DNA of 63,808 nucleotides, filler included, from Globobulimina sp. (GCA_003354225.1; 58 parts of 58 records of this genome joined end to end with filler, not necessarily neighbours in it); one strand, 5' to 3'; counted from the first letter of the whole stretch, positions 46,626 through 59,758 are shown. The notes: a model not told the origin generated them from the letters alone. Program-made: numbers and translations.

Positions 46626-47293
46626 CCATTTGGCAATGATGATTGGGTGGTTGTTCGTAGATTATTAATTATAAATTCATTCATAACCTTATACTTTGTA
46701 TTTCAATCATTTATAACTATCTATTTAGCAGTAAATCCCTTAAAACAAACACTGGCATTTACAAGCATACATTTATGTGTTGATATAGTAAATCTCTGTT
46801 TTATTTGTTGGATGTATCGAGCATCAATGAACCGGAAAACAGCTGATATTGATCCGCCAGTATCCCCTTCGTTTGCAACCAATAAAAGCCGACCAATGTG
46901 GTCTAAATTTTTTGAACCATCCATGTTTTCCAAGACGACAGCCTCTAAATTTGGTAGAAGGAAAAAAGCATTACCAAATACTGTAAATGTTACAACACCG
47001 ACATCAGTAATTATTGTCCATACTGACGATGGTGGCAATGTAAAGTCTCCGTACGATATGATTGATACAGCCCCAGGTTTTACGAGATTAAAATCAAAAT
47101 CGTCATTCAGTACTGCAAATTCTGCGACAAAACAGTCAAATACGCATAGAGAGACTATAACCACTGTAACGAAATTAAAGTCAATTGAAGAAAATAAAGA
47201 AGAGTCAGATATAAATATTTCTTATGAATTTGACGATGAAGATGAACAGATTGAGATTGTATATGACGACGATGAATTTAATAATGTATTATA
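46620..47293 (+). CDS. Eukaryotic multi-TM (GPCR-like) protein C-terminus
   Basis: Two TM helices, then an S/T-rich and acidic cytoplasmic tail. Different frame from the MCP fragment. Confidence 0.55.
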
Positions 47294-47834
47294 NNNNNNN
47301 NNNNNNNNNNNNNNNNNNNNNNNNNNNNNNNNNNNNNTTAATTAATTAANNNNNNNNNNNNNNNNNNNNNNNNNNNNNNNNNNNNNNNNNNNNCTTTTTT
47401 TGCATTCAAATTTTTCCTTTTCCACATGAAAAACAAAGAGCTTTTCGATATACTAAGTGCAACTACAAACTTTTATCTTTCCATTGACGTATAAATCAAA
47501 TGATTTCATCGACAACTAGAGTAGTAGTAGTGAGCGTTTTAATCTAAAAAACCTGGTTTTAGGCCAAACCATCGTGCGTCCGTACCAAAAACGAAAACTA
47601 ACTTTTAGAACTCTCCGAAAAACTAGAAACATGAGTAACAGCCAACGAATAGTCCAATTGCGATTGCGATGAAACTTGGTAGGGTTAGTTGAATGGTCAC
47701 GACACATGTCAACAACCATTTTAATTTCTGTGTTGAGGAGGGAGCATAGTTTGTCGCAAATTGTGCATTGGGCTAATCCAGCCATATTATGACCTTGCGT
47801 TGTCACACAATCCATTATTGCATGTGTCATTTCA

Positions 47835-48211
47835 GAACTAGAAATACTTCTCCTGATCATATGGAAACAGAAGATTTGAACTTGCCTGAACAAGGAGATA
47901 AACCTTCAAAGAAGCGCAGATTAAAGAAAAAGAAAAAGGCAATTAGGACGGACGACGTAAAAACAAAGGGAACGAGTGGTGATAATTCAACAAAAGCAAT
48001 GGCGATTGACGCGACATCTGGCGACAGCTCCGAACAGTCAGTAACAACAAAAGCAAACAATTCTGCTGCAAAGAAGGTGACAGACACCTAAAGGAAAGAA
48101 AAAACTAAGATCAGCGGCGAAAAAAACCATCGACTATGTAGGACAAATGTCGGATGAACGATTACGAGCATATGGGATGAATCCAAAGAGATTCAGATAC
48201 AAAATGAAATA
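47835..48211 (+). pseudogene. Lys-rich nuclear protein exon with a frameshift and a transposon insertion
   Basis: A +1 shift near 48082 links ...AAKKVT to TPKGKKKLRSAAKKTIDYVGQMSDERLRAYGMNPKRF. Confidence 0.4.
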
Positions 48212-48394
48212 CAGGGTGGTCCACCTAAAAGTTAAGATTTCATTCTTTTATAACTTTTCTAATTTTCAACGAAAGCAAATGAAATTTTCACACAACATAG
48301 GAAGTTTAGGATTTTATGTGTCAAAATTTTAGCTCAATCGGCTTACCACTGTCGATATAGCGAAAGAAAATGTAAGACCTTCAAATATCGCAAA
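48212..48394 (+). mobile_element. Tc1/mariner-type non-autonomous element, left end
   Basis: TA followed by CAGGGTGGTCCA, a typical Tc1/mariner terminus, directly interrupting a coding frame. Confidence 0.55.
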
Positions 48395-48713
48395 NNNNNN
48401 NNNNNNNNNNNNNNNNNNNNNNNNNNNNNNNNNNNNNNTTAATTAATTAANNNNNNNNNNNNNNNNNNNNNNNNNNNNNNNNNNNNNNNNNNNNAAAATA
48501 TAGTACAATCCACACAATTGTTAATAATCCAAACGAGAAATACAACCACGATTTCCAGTTTTTTAGTGGGAAAAACATATATTCTCACAAAGTGTTTGTG
48601 GGTTAAAACTGGAGATCAATCAATTAATTAATTCGCGCTTTGCATTTTGTCATTGCCAGTGGGTTCGGAAGTTTTTTTTTGAAGATATTTTTATTGTATA
48701 AAAACTAAGCATC

Positions 48714-49412
48714 ATGGCAACTGACACTATGCATTCGACTTTGATGTCATTTCTCAATTGGTCGCAAACGCAACAAGTGGTTGATGATGAAAACATTGCG
48801 AAAAATAAAGCAATACAATTTAAACAGACTACAAACGATAAATTATTAGTATACGGCTTTGTAAATAGATTCTATTCGTTACTGATACCAAATGGCATTA
48901 CTCAGCTCATACTCGATTTTTATTTGAAATTATTATCAATAAATAACTACCAAAACATCGAAAATAAACTATTTTTATGGCAATTTAGCAACAAATCCGA
49001 TGTTGATTTATATTTAAATGCTACGCATAACGATGTGATCACTTCTTGCGAGTTTTGTATCAATGAATGTATATTTTATTTCGAATGCACTCCCAAAGGA
49101 TGGGGTCATTGGTTGAATGAGTCCACGATTTGGTGCGCATTGATCGATTTACCGTCGCATATCTCGAAAATCAAAGTTTATTTTGAATTGAAATGTGCTG
49201 CGGTTGGCTTTGTCGGACAAGAAACAAAAATATTAACCACGCAAGAAAATGCGCAGAATGGCGGGGTTTGGAGCATGGCGCCTCCCAAAATGATAGAATT
49301 TGAGCTGTTTGAAAAATTAGATTCGTTTACGTTTGAATGTAGCGTGAAAATACTGCAAGTTTACGATAAATTGGGTGCGGAAATTGTGACAACCAAAGAA
49401 AAATTAAGAAGA
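48714..49412 (+). CDS. F-box-like motif plus MATH-like domain protein, first exon
   Basis: LLVYGFV...IPNGITQLILDFY, then FYFECTPKGW, LIDLPSHISKIKVYFEL and FTFECSVKILQV. GTATGT donor at about 49413. Confidence 0.7.
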
Positions 49413-49596
49413 GTATGTTGTGTGTATTTCTGTTATCACATATCATGTGTTTATATTTCAGATTATTTCAGAAGTCTCACAGAAGGATAAAAGAANNNNN
49501 NNNNNNNNNNNNNNNNNNNNNNNNNNNNNNNNNNNNNNNTTAATTAATTAANNNNNNNNNNNNNNNNNNNNNNNNNNNNNNNNNNNNNNNNNNNNA

Positions 49597-50012
49597 AACG
49601 TTACCTTTTTGAAATGAACTCTGTTTGTTTACAACTGCCAGAACATATATAATAGAAACAATTCAGTTCGCTAAAGGTAATAATTATAAGCAGTGCAAAG
49701 GGATCAAAAAATATATATTTAAATCCACGGGAAATATTCATTTAATTAATTAATTATTTGTAATTATAACAATGATGGTATGGAATTAAAACAAACAAAA
49801 TCCATAATGTTGATGAATAATGAAATACACAATGAATTGAAATATATTGATGATATTAAATATTTACAATGCATGTAATTAGATATCTGACTGCATAATA
49901 TTAAATATATATTTTTTGATCCCTTTGTACTGCTTATTACCTTTAGAAAACTGAAATGTTTCTGTTATATCTGTTTGTAAACAAACAGAGTTCATTTCAA
50001 AAAGGTAACGTT
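49597..50012. mobile_element. MITE/foldback element D, about 415 bp with ~125-bp imperfect TIRs
   Basis: AACGTTACCTTTTTGAAATGAACTCTGTTTGTTTACAA... is mirrored at 49890-50012 with substitutions and indels. Confidence 0.75.
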
Positions 50013-50995
50013 CTTACGAAAAGAGCCATATATACATGTCAATCATGAGTGCACAAATACATAATCAATATATTACTAGGATAAACAATGGAATTTATGC
50101 TGGAAACACAGTAATTGGGTTGGCCAATGGTAGCATATATGTAACTGTTAATTGGGAAATTTGTAGAAAATGCCTCTCAATTTGTAGAAATTTGTAGAAA
50201 ATGTCCGATTTATTTGCCTCTCAATGAGATATTATCAATCTGTGATTTATTTGGGATGGCATATTATTTGGGATCCAATATCATTTATTTGCGATCCAAA
50301 GAGATATTATTTGGGATTCAATGCGATTGAATGTGATATATTATTTGTGATACAATTAGATATTATTGGCGTTTCAATGAGATATATTTTGCGATACAAT
50401 GGACATATTTGCTGTCCAATTGGATGTATTTAAGATTTGTTGCCATATTATTTGCGATATCAATGCTATTATTTTGCGCGATATTTATTTGAGGCGTATT
50501 TAGTAAATATTAATGACTGAAACGTGTGAAAATGACACGTTTTATTTATGCAATATGAGCGACGAAGTCGCTTAATTCATACAAATTATTTAATGTNNNN
50601 NNNNNNNNNNNNNNNNNNNNNNNNNNNNNNNNNNNNNNNNTTAATTAATTAANNNNNNNNNNNNNNNNNNNNNNNNNNNNNNNNNNNNNNNNNNNNATCT
50701 ATAGGCGTAAAAGTTGGTGCATTTTCTGAGAAGAGATGAAGGGCAAAGTCTGTTGTTTTAATGATGACTAGTTCTATCAAAAAAAACCGCAGAGCATGGA
50801 GTCGGACTTTGCTATCGTTCCATGCTACTTTAATTTGAGTAAGAAACTAAACGTAAACTCCGAACTCACTACATGCAACAATCAAACATTAGGTAATATA
50901 TCAATTGCAATACAGTTACAGTTAAAAGCAATTCAGTCAATAGATTTGCGTGAATTATAGAAGCGATCTAGAATATTCATGAAATTTCGAAAATA

Positions 50996-51547
50996 TTATC
51001 TTTTCAATTTTGATTGCCTGGCCATGGCTGATGGCGCTTGACTCATTGGCATATTTGCAGGATTATTCCGTTGTAGTCGTTGTTTCATTTGCTGTTCCTC
51101 CTTATACCGTTGCTGTAACTCTTCGGCGACTTGCCACGTATCCTCGCCATGGATGACCCTATCGATGTGTTCTTGCATATACCTATTCCGATCAGACAGT
51201 GTTATCCCGCCCGTTCCTGGGATTACTTGGTTTTGGTCACCATAGCCCTGAGAGCGTAGATACTCCCTTTTCTCTCGAGATTTTTCTAGTGTTAAATTAT
51301 CCGCCACTGCAATCATACCAGCAAAACAAACAAATAATGGCACCCAATACTTCATTAACATTGGTGTCCATAATGCTCGCATATGGAATCTTTTTACTTT
51401 TGCGTTTGGGTCTACAATTCGTTCCTGTTGCATCATTTCCAATCGTGCCCTATGTGCTTTTTGCGCCTCCTCAAAGCCACCACTAAAGTTCCGCTTTGAT
51501 ATGTTGCATATTACCAACCTCCGCGTTAGCAGTATCCTGCTGTACAT
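50996..51547 (-). CDS. Probable mitochondrial single-TM protein
   Basis: MYSRILLTRR...KRNFS presequence-like start, one TM helix, complete ORF. Confidence 0.65.
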   Translation of the reverse strand: MYSRILLTRRLVICNISKRNFSGGFEEAQKAHRARLEMMQQERIVDPNAKVKRFHMRALWTPMLMKYWVPLFVCFAGMIAVADNLTLEKSREKREYLRSQGYGDQNQVIPGTGGITLSDRNRYMQEHIDRVIHGEDTWQVAEELQQRYKEEQQMKQRLQRNNPANMPMSQAPSAMARQSKLKR

Positions 51548-51797
51548 GTTTTTGCTCAAGTTTTTGAAAAAAATACTCCGCCAATTGACTCGTGCCAACT
51601 AACTTTTTCTTAGCTACTAATACTTACCAACTTGAAAAACACTTAGTCAATTGCCTGCTGGGAGCGTGGATTAATTAAAAGTACTCACCCCACTCCANNN
51701 NNNNNNNNNNNNNNNNNNNNNNNNNNNNNNNNNNNNNNNNNTTAATTAATTAANNNNNNNNNNNNNNNNNNNNNNNNNNNNNNNNNNNNNNNNNNNN

Positions 51798-52798
51798 CAA
51801 ACCGAATATTATTATGAAATATTAGCGGTTGGATCGAGTTATTATTTTGTGGGTTGGATTGACGATGAATGCAAACCAAAACAAAGTGATCGCCGCTTCA
51901 CAGCGGGCCAAGATTTACATTCATGGACGCTATATTCGCGCGGTTATAAATACCACAACAATAACTTGCAAAGTTACGGCAAACGCATACAATCCAATGA
52001 TGTCATTGGTTGTTATATCGATTTGAACAAAAAATTGTGTAATTTCTTTATCAATGGCAAGGAATTGGGCGAAATATTCAAAAATAATATGGTGATCTCT
52101 GGGAATATATATCCTGTGTTCAGTATACACGGCGGCTGCATCAAAGTGATGGTGAATAAGCAACGCATCAAATATTTCAAAAAAGTAAAAATGTTATATC
52201 CAAACTGCAAGATATTGGATTTAGGCAATAAATATTTCTTTAAAAACACGTCACATTTAATTGGTGAGCTTTCCTTAGACACAGAATATAAGAAATTATC
52301 CCCTCTGATTGGTAAGTGTACGAAGGGACATTCGTTGACAAAATACGATTACACAAATACTACAAAAATACGTGGTCGCTGCATCAAATGTTATTATTCC
52401 TCGAAATTAAGCTATCCGCGCAATAATTTATTTGCTTCCTTTGCTGAAAAAGCAAAATCAATCGAGAAAAAGGAAGAGTTTGAGGCTCATTACATTTTTT
52501 CGTGTGACCGGTGTACAGATTATAATTTGTGTAGCAGCTGTTATGTAAATGAGGAGATATCGTGGTATATGATCGCAGAACGCCTAAAATCGATGGATTC
52601 ATTCAAGAAAAAATTATTATGGCACAATTTGGCCTCCTTAATCGGCCTAGAAAATTCGCGCGGATTCATTGATAAAAGCAACCGCTTGAAATTTTTCTAT
52701 TACTTAATCCAAGAAATACGCTTAGAAAAACAAGACAAATTAAGCTGGATTTTGTCGTGGGACGCAATTTACGAGGTTTTGAATATCAAAAATATCAT
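51798..52798 (+). CDS. SPRY (B30.2) domain plus ZZ-type zinc-finger protein fragment
   Basis: YYYEI...VGW...GQDLHSW, SYGKRIQSNDVIGCYIDL...FFINGKELG and CDRCTDYNLCSSCY. Confidence 0.85.
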
Positions 52799-53127
52799 NN
52801 NNNNNNNNNNNNNNNNNNNNNNNNNNNNNNNNNNNNNNNNNNTTAATTAATTAANNNNNNNNNNNNNNNNNNNNNNNNNNNNNNNNNNNNNNNNNNNNCT
52901 ACCTCGAGAGTCGAGGAGGGATATCAAATGCGCAATAATACTGTTAAATATGCTTATGGTTATATTTTAATACATGTATTCTGATCAATCGCAATCGTAA
53001 ATACAGCTGCATGCAAAATGTACGATATTTCGCACTGCGGCGATTCGAATTTAAATTTAACATTTACCGAATACTTTTTGCCACGCTATTTACCGAATAG
53101 TTATCTATTTTACGAACTGTAACAATT

Positions 53128-53899
53128 ATGTTCAAAAGAAAACAAAGTGAAGATGTAAATCAATTGGTTATAATTACAAGGATGACATTTTTGGAAACAT
53201 TCATGTTCATTTATCTGTTTTATTCTGTTCATTACAAGGATGACATGTTTTATTATGGATGGGAATTTCGAAAGTTTAGATTTTACATAATCATACAGAT
53301 CATACTTGCAATTCCGAGCTGTATTGTTATGATTTATGGGTTTATTAAGATTTGGAGCAACGATTTCAAGATTTCAAACAAATTACATAATTCTTACATA
53401 ATTATAACATTAATTGGTGTTATTTTTCATTGTTATCAGATTTTTTCGTTATGCGATGCTTTAGGATCAAGATATCAAATCAGTGAATGGATTATATTTG
53501 GCATATTCCCTTTGTTAGTTACAATGATTCGTATTTATTTCAACACCATTATGCAAAACACAAAGAAAGAAACAGAAGTAATACAAACAAATATTTATGA
53601 CGCAGTCAAAGTTATCATCATGGAATGTGTCACATTTTCAATCATATGTGTTTGGATTAATAGTAATAGAGTATTGTTTACATATCCTCACTGTCGCATA
53701 CTTAACAGAGTAGTGCTTACATTCGGTGCTGCGTCTCTCATGTCAATTATTTATGGAATCATTGCGTTATTAACAGCAAATGCTATATGTTTAAAATTGT
53801 TTAGTTTGTTATCAAATATTTCCACTGCGTTTACGGTTGGATGTATATTGATATTATTAGGTATAACTAGTGTTCGTTTAGTATCTGTTTCTGAAATTT
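53128..53899 (+). CDS. Multi-pass membrane protein, partial
   Basis: ATG ORF with at least 6 hydrophobic helices. Confidence 0.65.
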
Positions 53900-55102
53900 N
53901 NNNNNNNNNNNNNNNNNNNNNNNNNNNNNNNNNNNNNNNNNNNTTAATTAATTAANNNNNNNNNNNNNNNNNNNNNNNNNNNNNNNNNNNNNNNNNNNNC
54001 ATGTCCTCCGGTTTCAACTATTTTTGCTATGATACATTCATGACTAAACGGGCCGAACGTCTTCACAATACCCTTATTCACTGCAGCTACTACCTGCTTA
54101 AAACAACGGTAACTAATGTTTTTAAGTTAATATTTTTAGATATAATATTTTCAACATTGCAGATATGATTATGTCTCGTACGATTTACTGCGCATGGATC
54201 CCGATTTAGATTTGGAGGAAGCACACCAACAATTATTGATCGAACAGTTTGGAAAACCTTCTTTGGAAATGGCGACTGTGAACTGGCGAGAAAATCCAGT
54301 TCCTTATCATCCACGTTCAACTAGCACCTGATAAATCAACTAGCACTTAAGATTTTTGTAGTAGTTTGTGATTAGCACTGAAATATTAGAGAATTTTGAA
54401 TTTGTTAGGTTTTGTTTCTAAAGTTGAAACGTTGAATTTACTTTTATTGTAGTGTCGTTTAAATTGAGAATAAATAAATTTTTGAAATAAAATAAATTTT
54501 TTGATTGTTTTCGCGCACTACAGTATCCCGAGCGCCGAGTCCCCGAGCGCCTACTCCATTTTACCGAAAACTCGCGTGACTTTTACGTCGTTATTGGGTA
54601 GAGACGTAAAGGCGCAACGCCTAAAGACGCAACGCCGCAACGCCGCAGTACGCGGCTTAAAACAGCGCCCATCGCAAAAATTAGGCTCGACCGAGCATTT
54701 TTGTAATTTTAACACATAAATACATCATTAGGTTGCATTTTGGATGAAGTTTTTGAGAAAGTGTCGTAAAAATTCATTTTCAAATGATAGGCAAGATATA
54801 TGAGTAAAAAAATCAAAGTTTACGGTTTTTATGCAAAGGTCGCAGCAAAAAGGAACTTTTTTTTGTCTCGATTAGAATGAATTTTATTAATGAAAAATAC
54901 TGCAAAAATTTGGGCCGGTTATGGTCAACCATTCAGAAAACAAGGTGCTCTCTATAAGTACTCTATGTATGGTATGTACATAATATACACAGAAATATTA
55001 NNNNNNNNNNNNNNNNNNNNNNNNNNNNNNNNNNNNNNNNNNNNTTAATTAATTAANNNNNNNNNNNNNNNNNNNNNNNNNNNNNNNNNNNNNNNNNNNN
55101 TG

Positions 55103-56101
55103 CAGAAAAAGATTAATTCCGGTAATACTCATCATTTTACCCAGCAGTTACTTGAAGCGTTAATAGCACGTAATACCACACTTTACGAACAGACTTATAA
55201 TGCAATTGGAAAACTTGATAAATGGCGAAAGGCGTATAAGTTCCAGTTGAATGTACTTGTCAAGTTTCGAGAAGCAGCGCCAAAGACATGTACAGTTTTC
55301 GAAGATTCAGATAAGGGAAATGTCCCTTGGTTTGATCGATTTTCAAATTTCAAAAATGCCTGGAACTGGGCACGGACAAACCTGTGGCTCGACAAATTCT
55401 GTGATCCCAATGAACAAAAACGGCTAATCGCCGAACTGGATCGATCGGAAAAAAATGAACAAAAAATCATTAAGAAATTAGCCGCAGAAAAAGCATGGCA
55501 AGCTTGTATGGAAAAACTCACTGAGGAGCGGAGACAATCTCTTATTGCATGGTCACAGGCAGTTAAAAATATTCGTGGGGGAACTGGCCGACATGCTGAA
55601 CATCACAGGGAAACAGCTCGAAAAGAACTTAAGAACTGTCGTACTGCAATTCCGGCATGGATTATGCCATTATACCAGGTAGTCCAGACTATTTCTCCTG
55701 AGCCTGGAGTCTTTGATGTTGTTATAGTGGATGAAGCAAGTCAGTCCGGTCCAGAGGCACTTCTGTTAAGCTATATTGCAAAAAAAATAATTGTTGTAGG
55801 AGATGATAAGCAGATCAAGCCCAGGTACATTGGTATAAACCATGATGATGTATCCTATTTACGGAAACTCCATCTCGAAAATATCCCCCACAGTAATGCA
55901 CTGGATCTCAATGGAAGCCTCTTTTCCCAAGCTGAATTGCGGTTTCCAGACAGGATAAGATTGCGTGAGCATTTCCGATGTATGCCTGAAATCATCCAGT
56001 TTTGTAATAACAATTTTTATAGGAATGAATCTTTGTTTCCATTAAGGCAATACGGTGCAGATCGATTGGAACCGGCAGTTGTTGCGCATTATGTTGAAGA
56101 T
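55103..56101 (+). CDS. Bacterial superfamily-1 (DNA2/UPF1-like) helicase fragment, large Vsr/DUF559-fused type
   Basis: PAWIMPL, FDVVIVDEASQ, VVGDDKQI and LREHFRCMPEIIQFCN. No introns; frame open across the contig. Confidence 0.9.
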
Positions 56102-56203
56102 NNNNNNNNNNNNNNNNNNNNNNNNNNNNNNNNNNNNNNNNNNNNTTAATTAATTAANNNNNNNNNNNNNNNNNNNNNNNNNNNNNNNNNNNNNNNNNNN
56201 NAT

Positions 56204-57202
56204 CATATTGTATACGCACGTAATAATAAATATATTTTTTCCTCAATGAATAATGATAATTGCCCAATTCCTGCAAAACCAGCAATGATACAGCAGCCCC
56301 AAGATCGCTCTGTGTATCATATTGATGTTTTAGAATTAAATTTTTGTTTGGCATCAAAATTTGACTGTGCCAGGAATCCAGATTTTGTTTTTAGTGATTA
56401 TGTACAAAATCGCACTTTTGTCAATGCAGATTGGCATCCGAGTGACATAAAAATATTTAAATCTGAAATTGAGGCTAATGGCACCCTCATTTATAATATT
56501 GATATCTGGAAAAGTACGTTGGTCACTTGTACCATAGGCAGATACAAATCGTGTAATCAATGGTGTGGTACAGACATTGTTATGTTCGATCGACACTTAC
56601 CTCGAAACATAGATGTCTTGCAATCATATATTCCGAATGATAATAGATATATAGAATTATTCCCGAATAAAACAACAAATTATCTCGCGGGCATTGCAGG
56701 TTTAGACGCTGGCACTGCTGAATTAACGTCAATTGGTTTGGATGAGCAGTTGAGTAATCCTGCAGCACTCAAACAGGTACCGCGAAGCCGCCAAAATAGA
56801 AACAATAATCGTTATCGATCTAACCCGAGCCGGACATTTATATCATCAAAATTGCGCTATATACAGACCAATGTTGCCGGATATGCATCATCTAAAAAGC
56901 ATTTAGGCACTGCAGAGGAATCCCATTCGACTGGTTTTGCGCGACCTGCGGTATCAGAAAGGCAGACATATAAAGAAGTCATGCATTTGGGACAAACCAG
57001 ACAGCGGAATCAAGCACTCTCTCGTCCAGTGCATCAAAAACGTGGACCCAAAGCAACTTCGGCGCCATTACATAATGTTACAGACAGTGCTACAAATGAT
57101 GCACATAATAATTTGACAGGAACACGAACCAAAGCGGCCGATCGAAGTGATTTTAAAGTTGATAGCCAGCGATTTGCGCGAAATAACAACAACAATAAGA
57201 CC
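56204..57202 (+). CDS. Hypothetical protein fragment
   Basis: Frame open across the contig; globular first half and low-complexity second half. Confidence 0.55.
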
Positions 57203-57349
57203 NNNNNNNNNNNNNNNNNNNNNNNNNNNNNNNNNNNNNNNNNNNNTTAATTAATTAANNNNNNNNNNNNNNNNNNNNNNNNNNNNNNNNNNNNNNNNNN
57301 NNACGAACAATATTTTATAACCAAAGAAATCTATAAAAATGAAAATAAT

Positions 57350-58303
57350 ATGATTGCATTTGACGATAACGATATGAATGAACGCATTTTATTATTTTTT
57401 AATTGTTTACTAAATGATTCAAATTTTGATGTTTTAACATTAAGGGAATTTTCAATTATTTCTTTATTATCACCGAGCAAAACAATAACTGCGTTGATAT
57501 CGAATATTGTGTTACATCACAAATCGGCGACATTGATTGCAAACATTTTAACCAAATATCCATTGTTATTATATTATAAACACTTATTATGGCAGAAAAT
57601 TAGTGATTTTGTTACAGAAAAATTAAAAATTGGTCTGAATCACAATAACGCGGCGAAATGTATTGCTGTGTTTGTAAACACATTGATTAATAATAAGATA
57701 TTAGACGTTATTGTTCCATTCAAAATATTTATAATTCCATTATTTAAATTATGTTTTAAATATGGAAACAAAAATGTATTTCCATTTATAAATGACTTAA
57801 TTGTCCCAATTTTAACCAATATATTTGAGAAAAAAGATATTGACGAAATGATAAATTTATATTGTACATTGTCGCAAAAATATGACGATTCACAGAGAGA
57901 TTCGTCAGAATTAATGAGTTTATCCATGCAATGTTTAGAAATATTAATAAGTCTCAATAATAGAAAAAAGTTAAAACAGTCTTCAGAAGATATTATAGAT
58001 TGTGTTCAGATTTGTATGTCTTTGAATATTCAATTTATTTATAAATTGTATGAAATATTGCAATGGAAAGACAATTCTTTGATTCCTATTATAAATAATA
58101 ATAAATGGATAAACATATTTTTGTTACGGTCATTGTTTGAATGTAAATGTTTGAATATCAATGATATTTTAACCGATATCAAAGAGAAGATGTTTTGGAA
58201 AAATATAATAATTTCTTTTGAAATATTGAATATAAATAGCAACATTAAACAGATTGATTTTGAAGATCAAACAATTTGTAGTGTGTTTGATAAATTATAT
58301 GCC
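57350..58303 (+). CDS. Hypothetical alpha-solenoid protein fragment
   Basis: More than 300 codons open in AT-rich DNA, Leu/Ile helical pattern. Confidence 0.6.
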
Positions 58304-58403
58304 NNNNNNNNNNNNNNNNNNNNNNNNNNNNNNNNNNNNNNNNNNNNTTAATTAATTAANNNNNNNNNNNNNNNNNNNNNNNNNNNNNNNNNNNNNNNNN
58401 NNN

Positions 58404-58948
58404 TTTTTGCCGCTATTTTTTATGTCCAACACACTCAATGAATGTCGCTTATTTTTTTTATCCAATTTTTTGGGGGAATTTAGGAACGAACGGTTTGAGC
58501 CGGGAAGCACTAAATTTTTGCCTGATTTTCTCTTTTTTGTTGATACCGCTTTTTTCCTTTTTTTCTTCTGTGGCCCGGCTTGATTTAATTTGGCTGTCAA
58601 TGGATTTAAATTTTTGTTCCAAGAATGCAATTTGAGGCAATATTGAATGTTATCATATTTTAAATTATTTTCTTGTTCGTATAAAGTGGCAACATTTATT
58701 AATTTGAATTGATTATATTTTGGGTTTTCTGCCTCCGAGGAACCGCATGAAAGCATGAAAAAATTTATTTTGCGATAATAATAACAATATGTCAAATGAA
58801 TGATTATTAATGGAATGTATCCAATGTCATATTTTTCATTTTTATCATATTTGCCGGTTAATAAGGATTGGTTTGGCAATATACAAAGACGGATTAAACG
58901 AAGATAACCAATGACTAAGTTTTGGTGTTGGTTGTAATGCGATTCCAT
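58404..58948 (-). CDS. F-box-like-motif protein, N-terminal part
   Basis: NLVIGYLRL...IPLIIIHLTYCYY, followed by a Lys-rich stretch. Confidence 0.6.
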
Positions 58949-59758
58949 AATAACAATTATATAAAAGACGAAACAATGCTGTCAGTCTAAAACGTTTCTA
59001 CTTTTTTATATTCACAAAAAACCTCACTTCAAAGTAGCTCAACAGCTACAAGGATGGGATAATTACGTGTCAAAATAAGATGAATCAAGAACGAGAAAAA
59101 GAGTAAACATGCGATTGATTTTGCCATCTTTGAAAGAACAGACGAATGCAATGAAAGGAGACCAAACATGAATAAGTGAGAAGCAGTGAATCGCATAATT
59201 TATGCGCTTAAATATTATGCATTGATGAATACGCAGCAAAGCAAAGAGTGACAATTAACATTTTTGCATTTCATTAAAAGTCTGTATGGAATTATTTGAA
59301 TGTATAATCCATTTAATAAGAAGAAGATGATATGAATTATTTGATATGATATGAATTAATGATTTGAATGATATGATATGAATTAATTAATAAAAAATTA
59401 ATCANNNNNNNNNNNNNNNNNNNNNNNNNNNNNNNNNNNNNNNNNNNNTTAATTAATTAANNNNNNNNNNNNNNNNNNNNNNNNNNNNNNNNNNNNNNNN
59501 NNNNGATGATAATTTTAGTGCATGATTCGGTGAACACGATCAAACTCCAAAACACAGAAAGAAACATGATCCAAAACGACTGAGGTTGCATTACTTTCAA
59601 AAAAACCTCTATAATGAAAGATTATGGTCAGACTAATCAGATTTCCAAGAAAAAGATAATGAATAATAAGGTAAATTGATAATTAAAAAAAAGGAACAAT
59701 AATGTGTGAGTAGGTATTATTTATGGACAGGAAAACGTCCGTTTATTTATTTGATAGC

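Noticed and set aside
50150-50490. Short ORF 50224-50433 inside GATATTATTT-like repeats, and similar simple repeats at 20590-20800, 33970-34020 and 59325-59400
   Set aside because: Degenerate simple-sequence DNA; the ORFs are incidental.
51620-51630. ATACTTACC resembling the U1 snRNA 5' end
   Set aside because: It continues with AA instead of TG, shows no U1 stem-loops or Sm site, and is absent from the homologous element at 3320-3435.
54000-55000. Possible DNA-transposon remnant ending in CTCTATG
   Set aside because: Only one putative end and no transposase motif; not supportable.
56845-56910. KLRYIQTNVAG resembling the start of a LINE APE endonuclease
   Set aside because: The downstream QE, GDFN and SDH motifs are absent.
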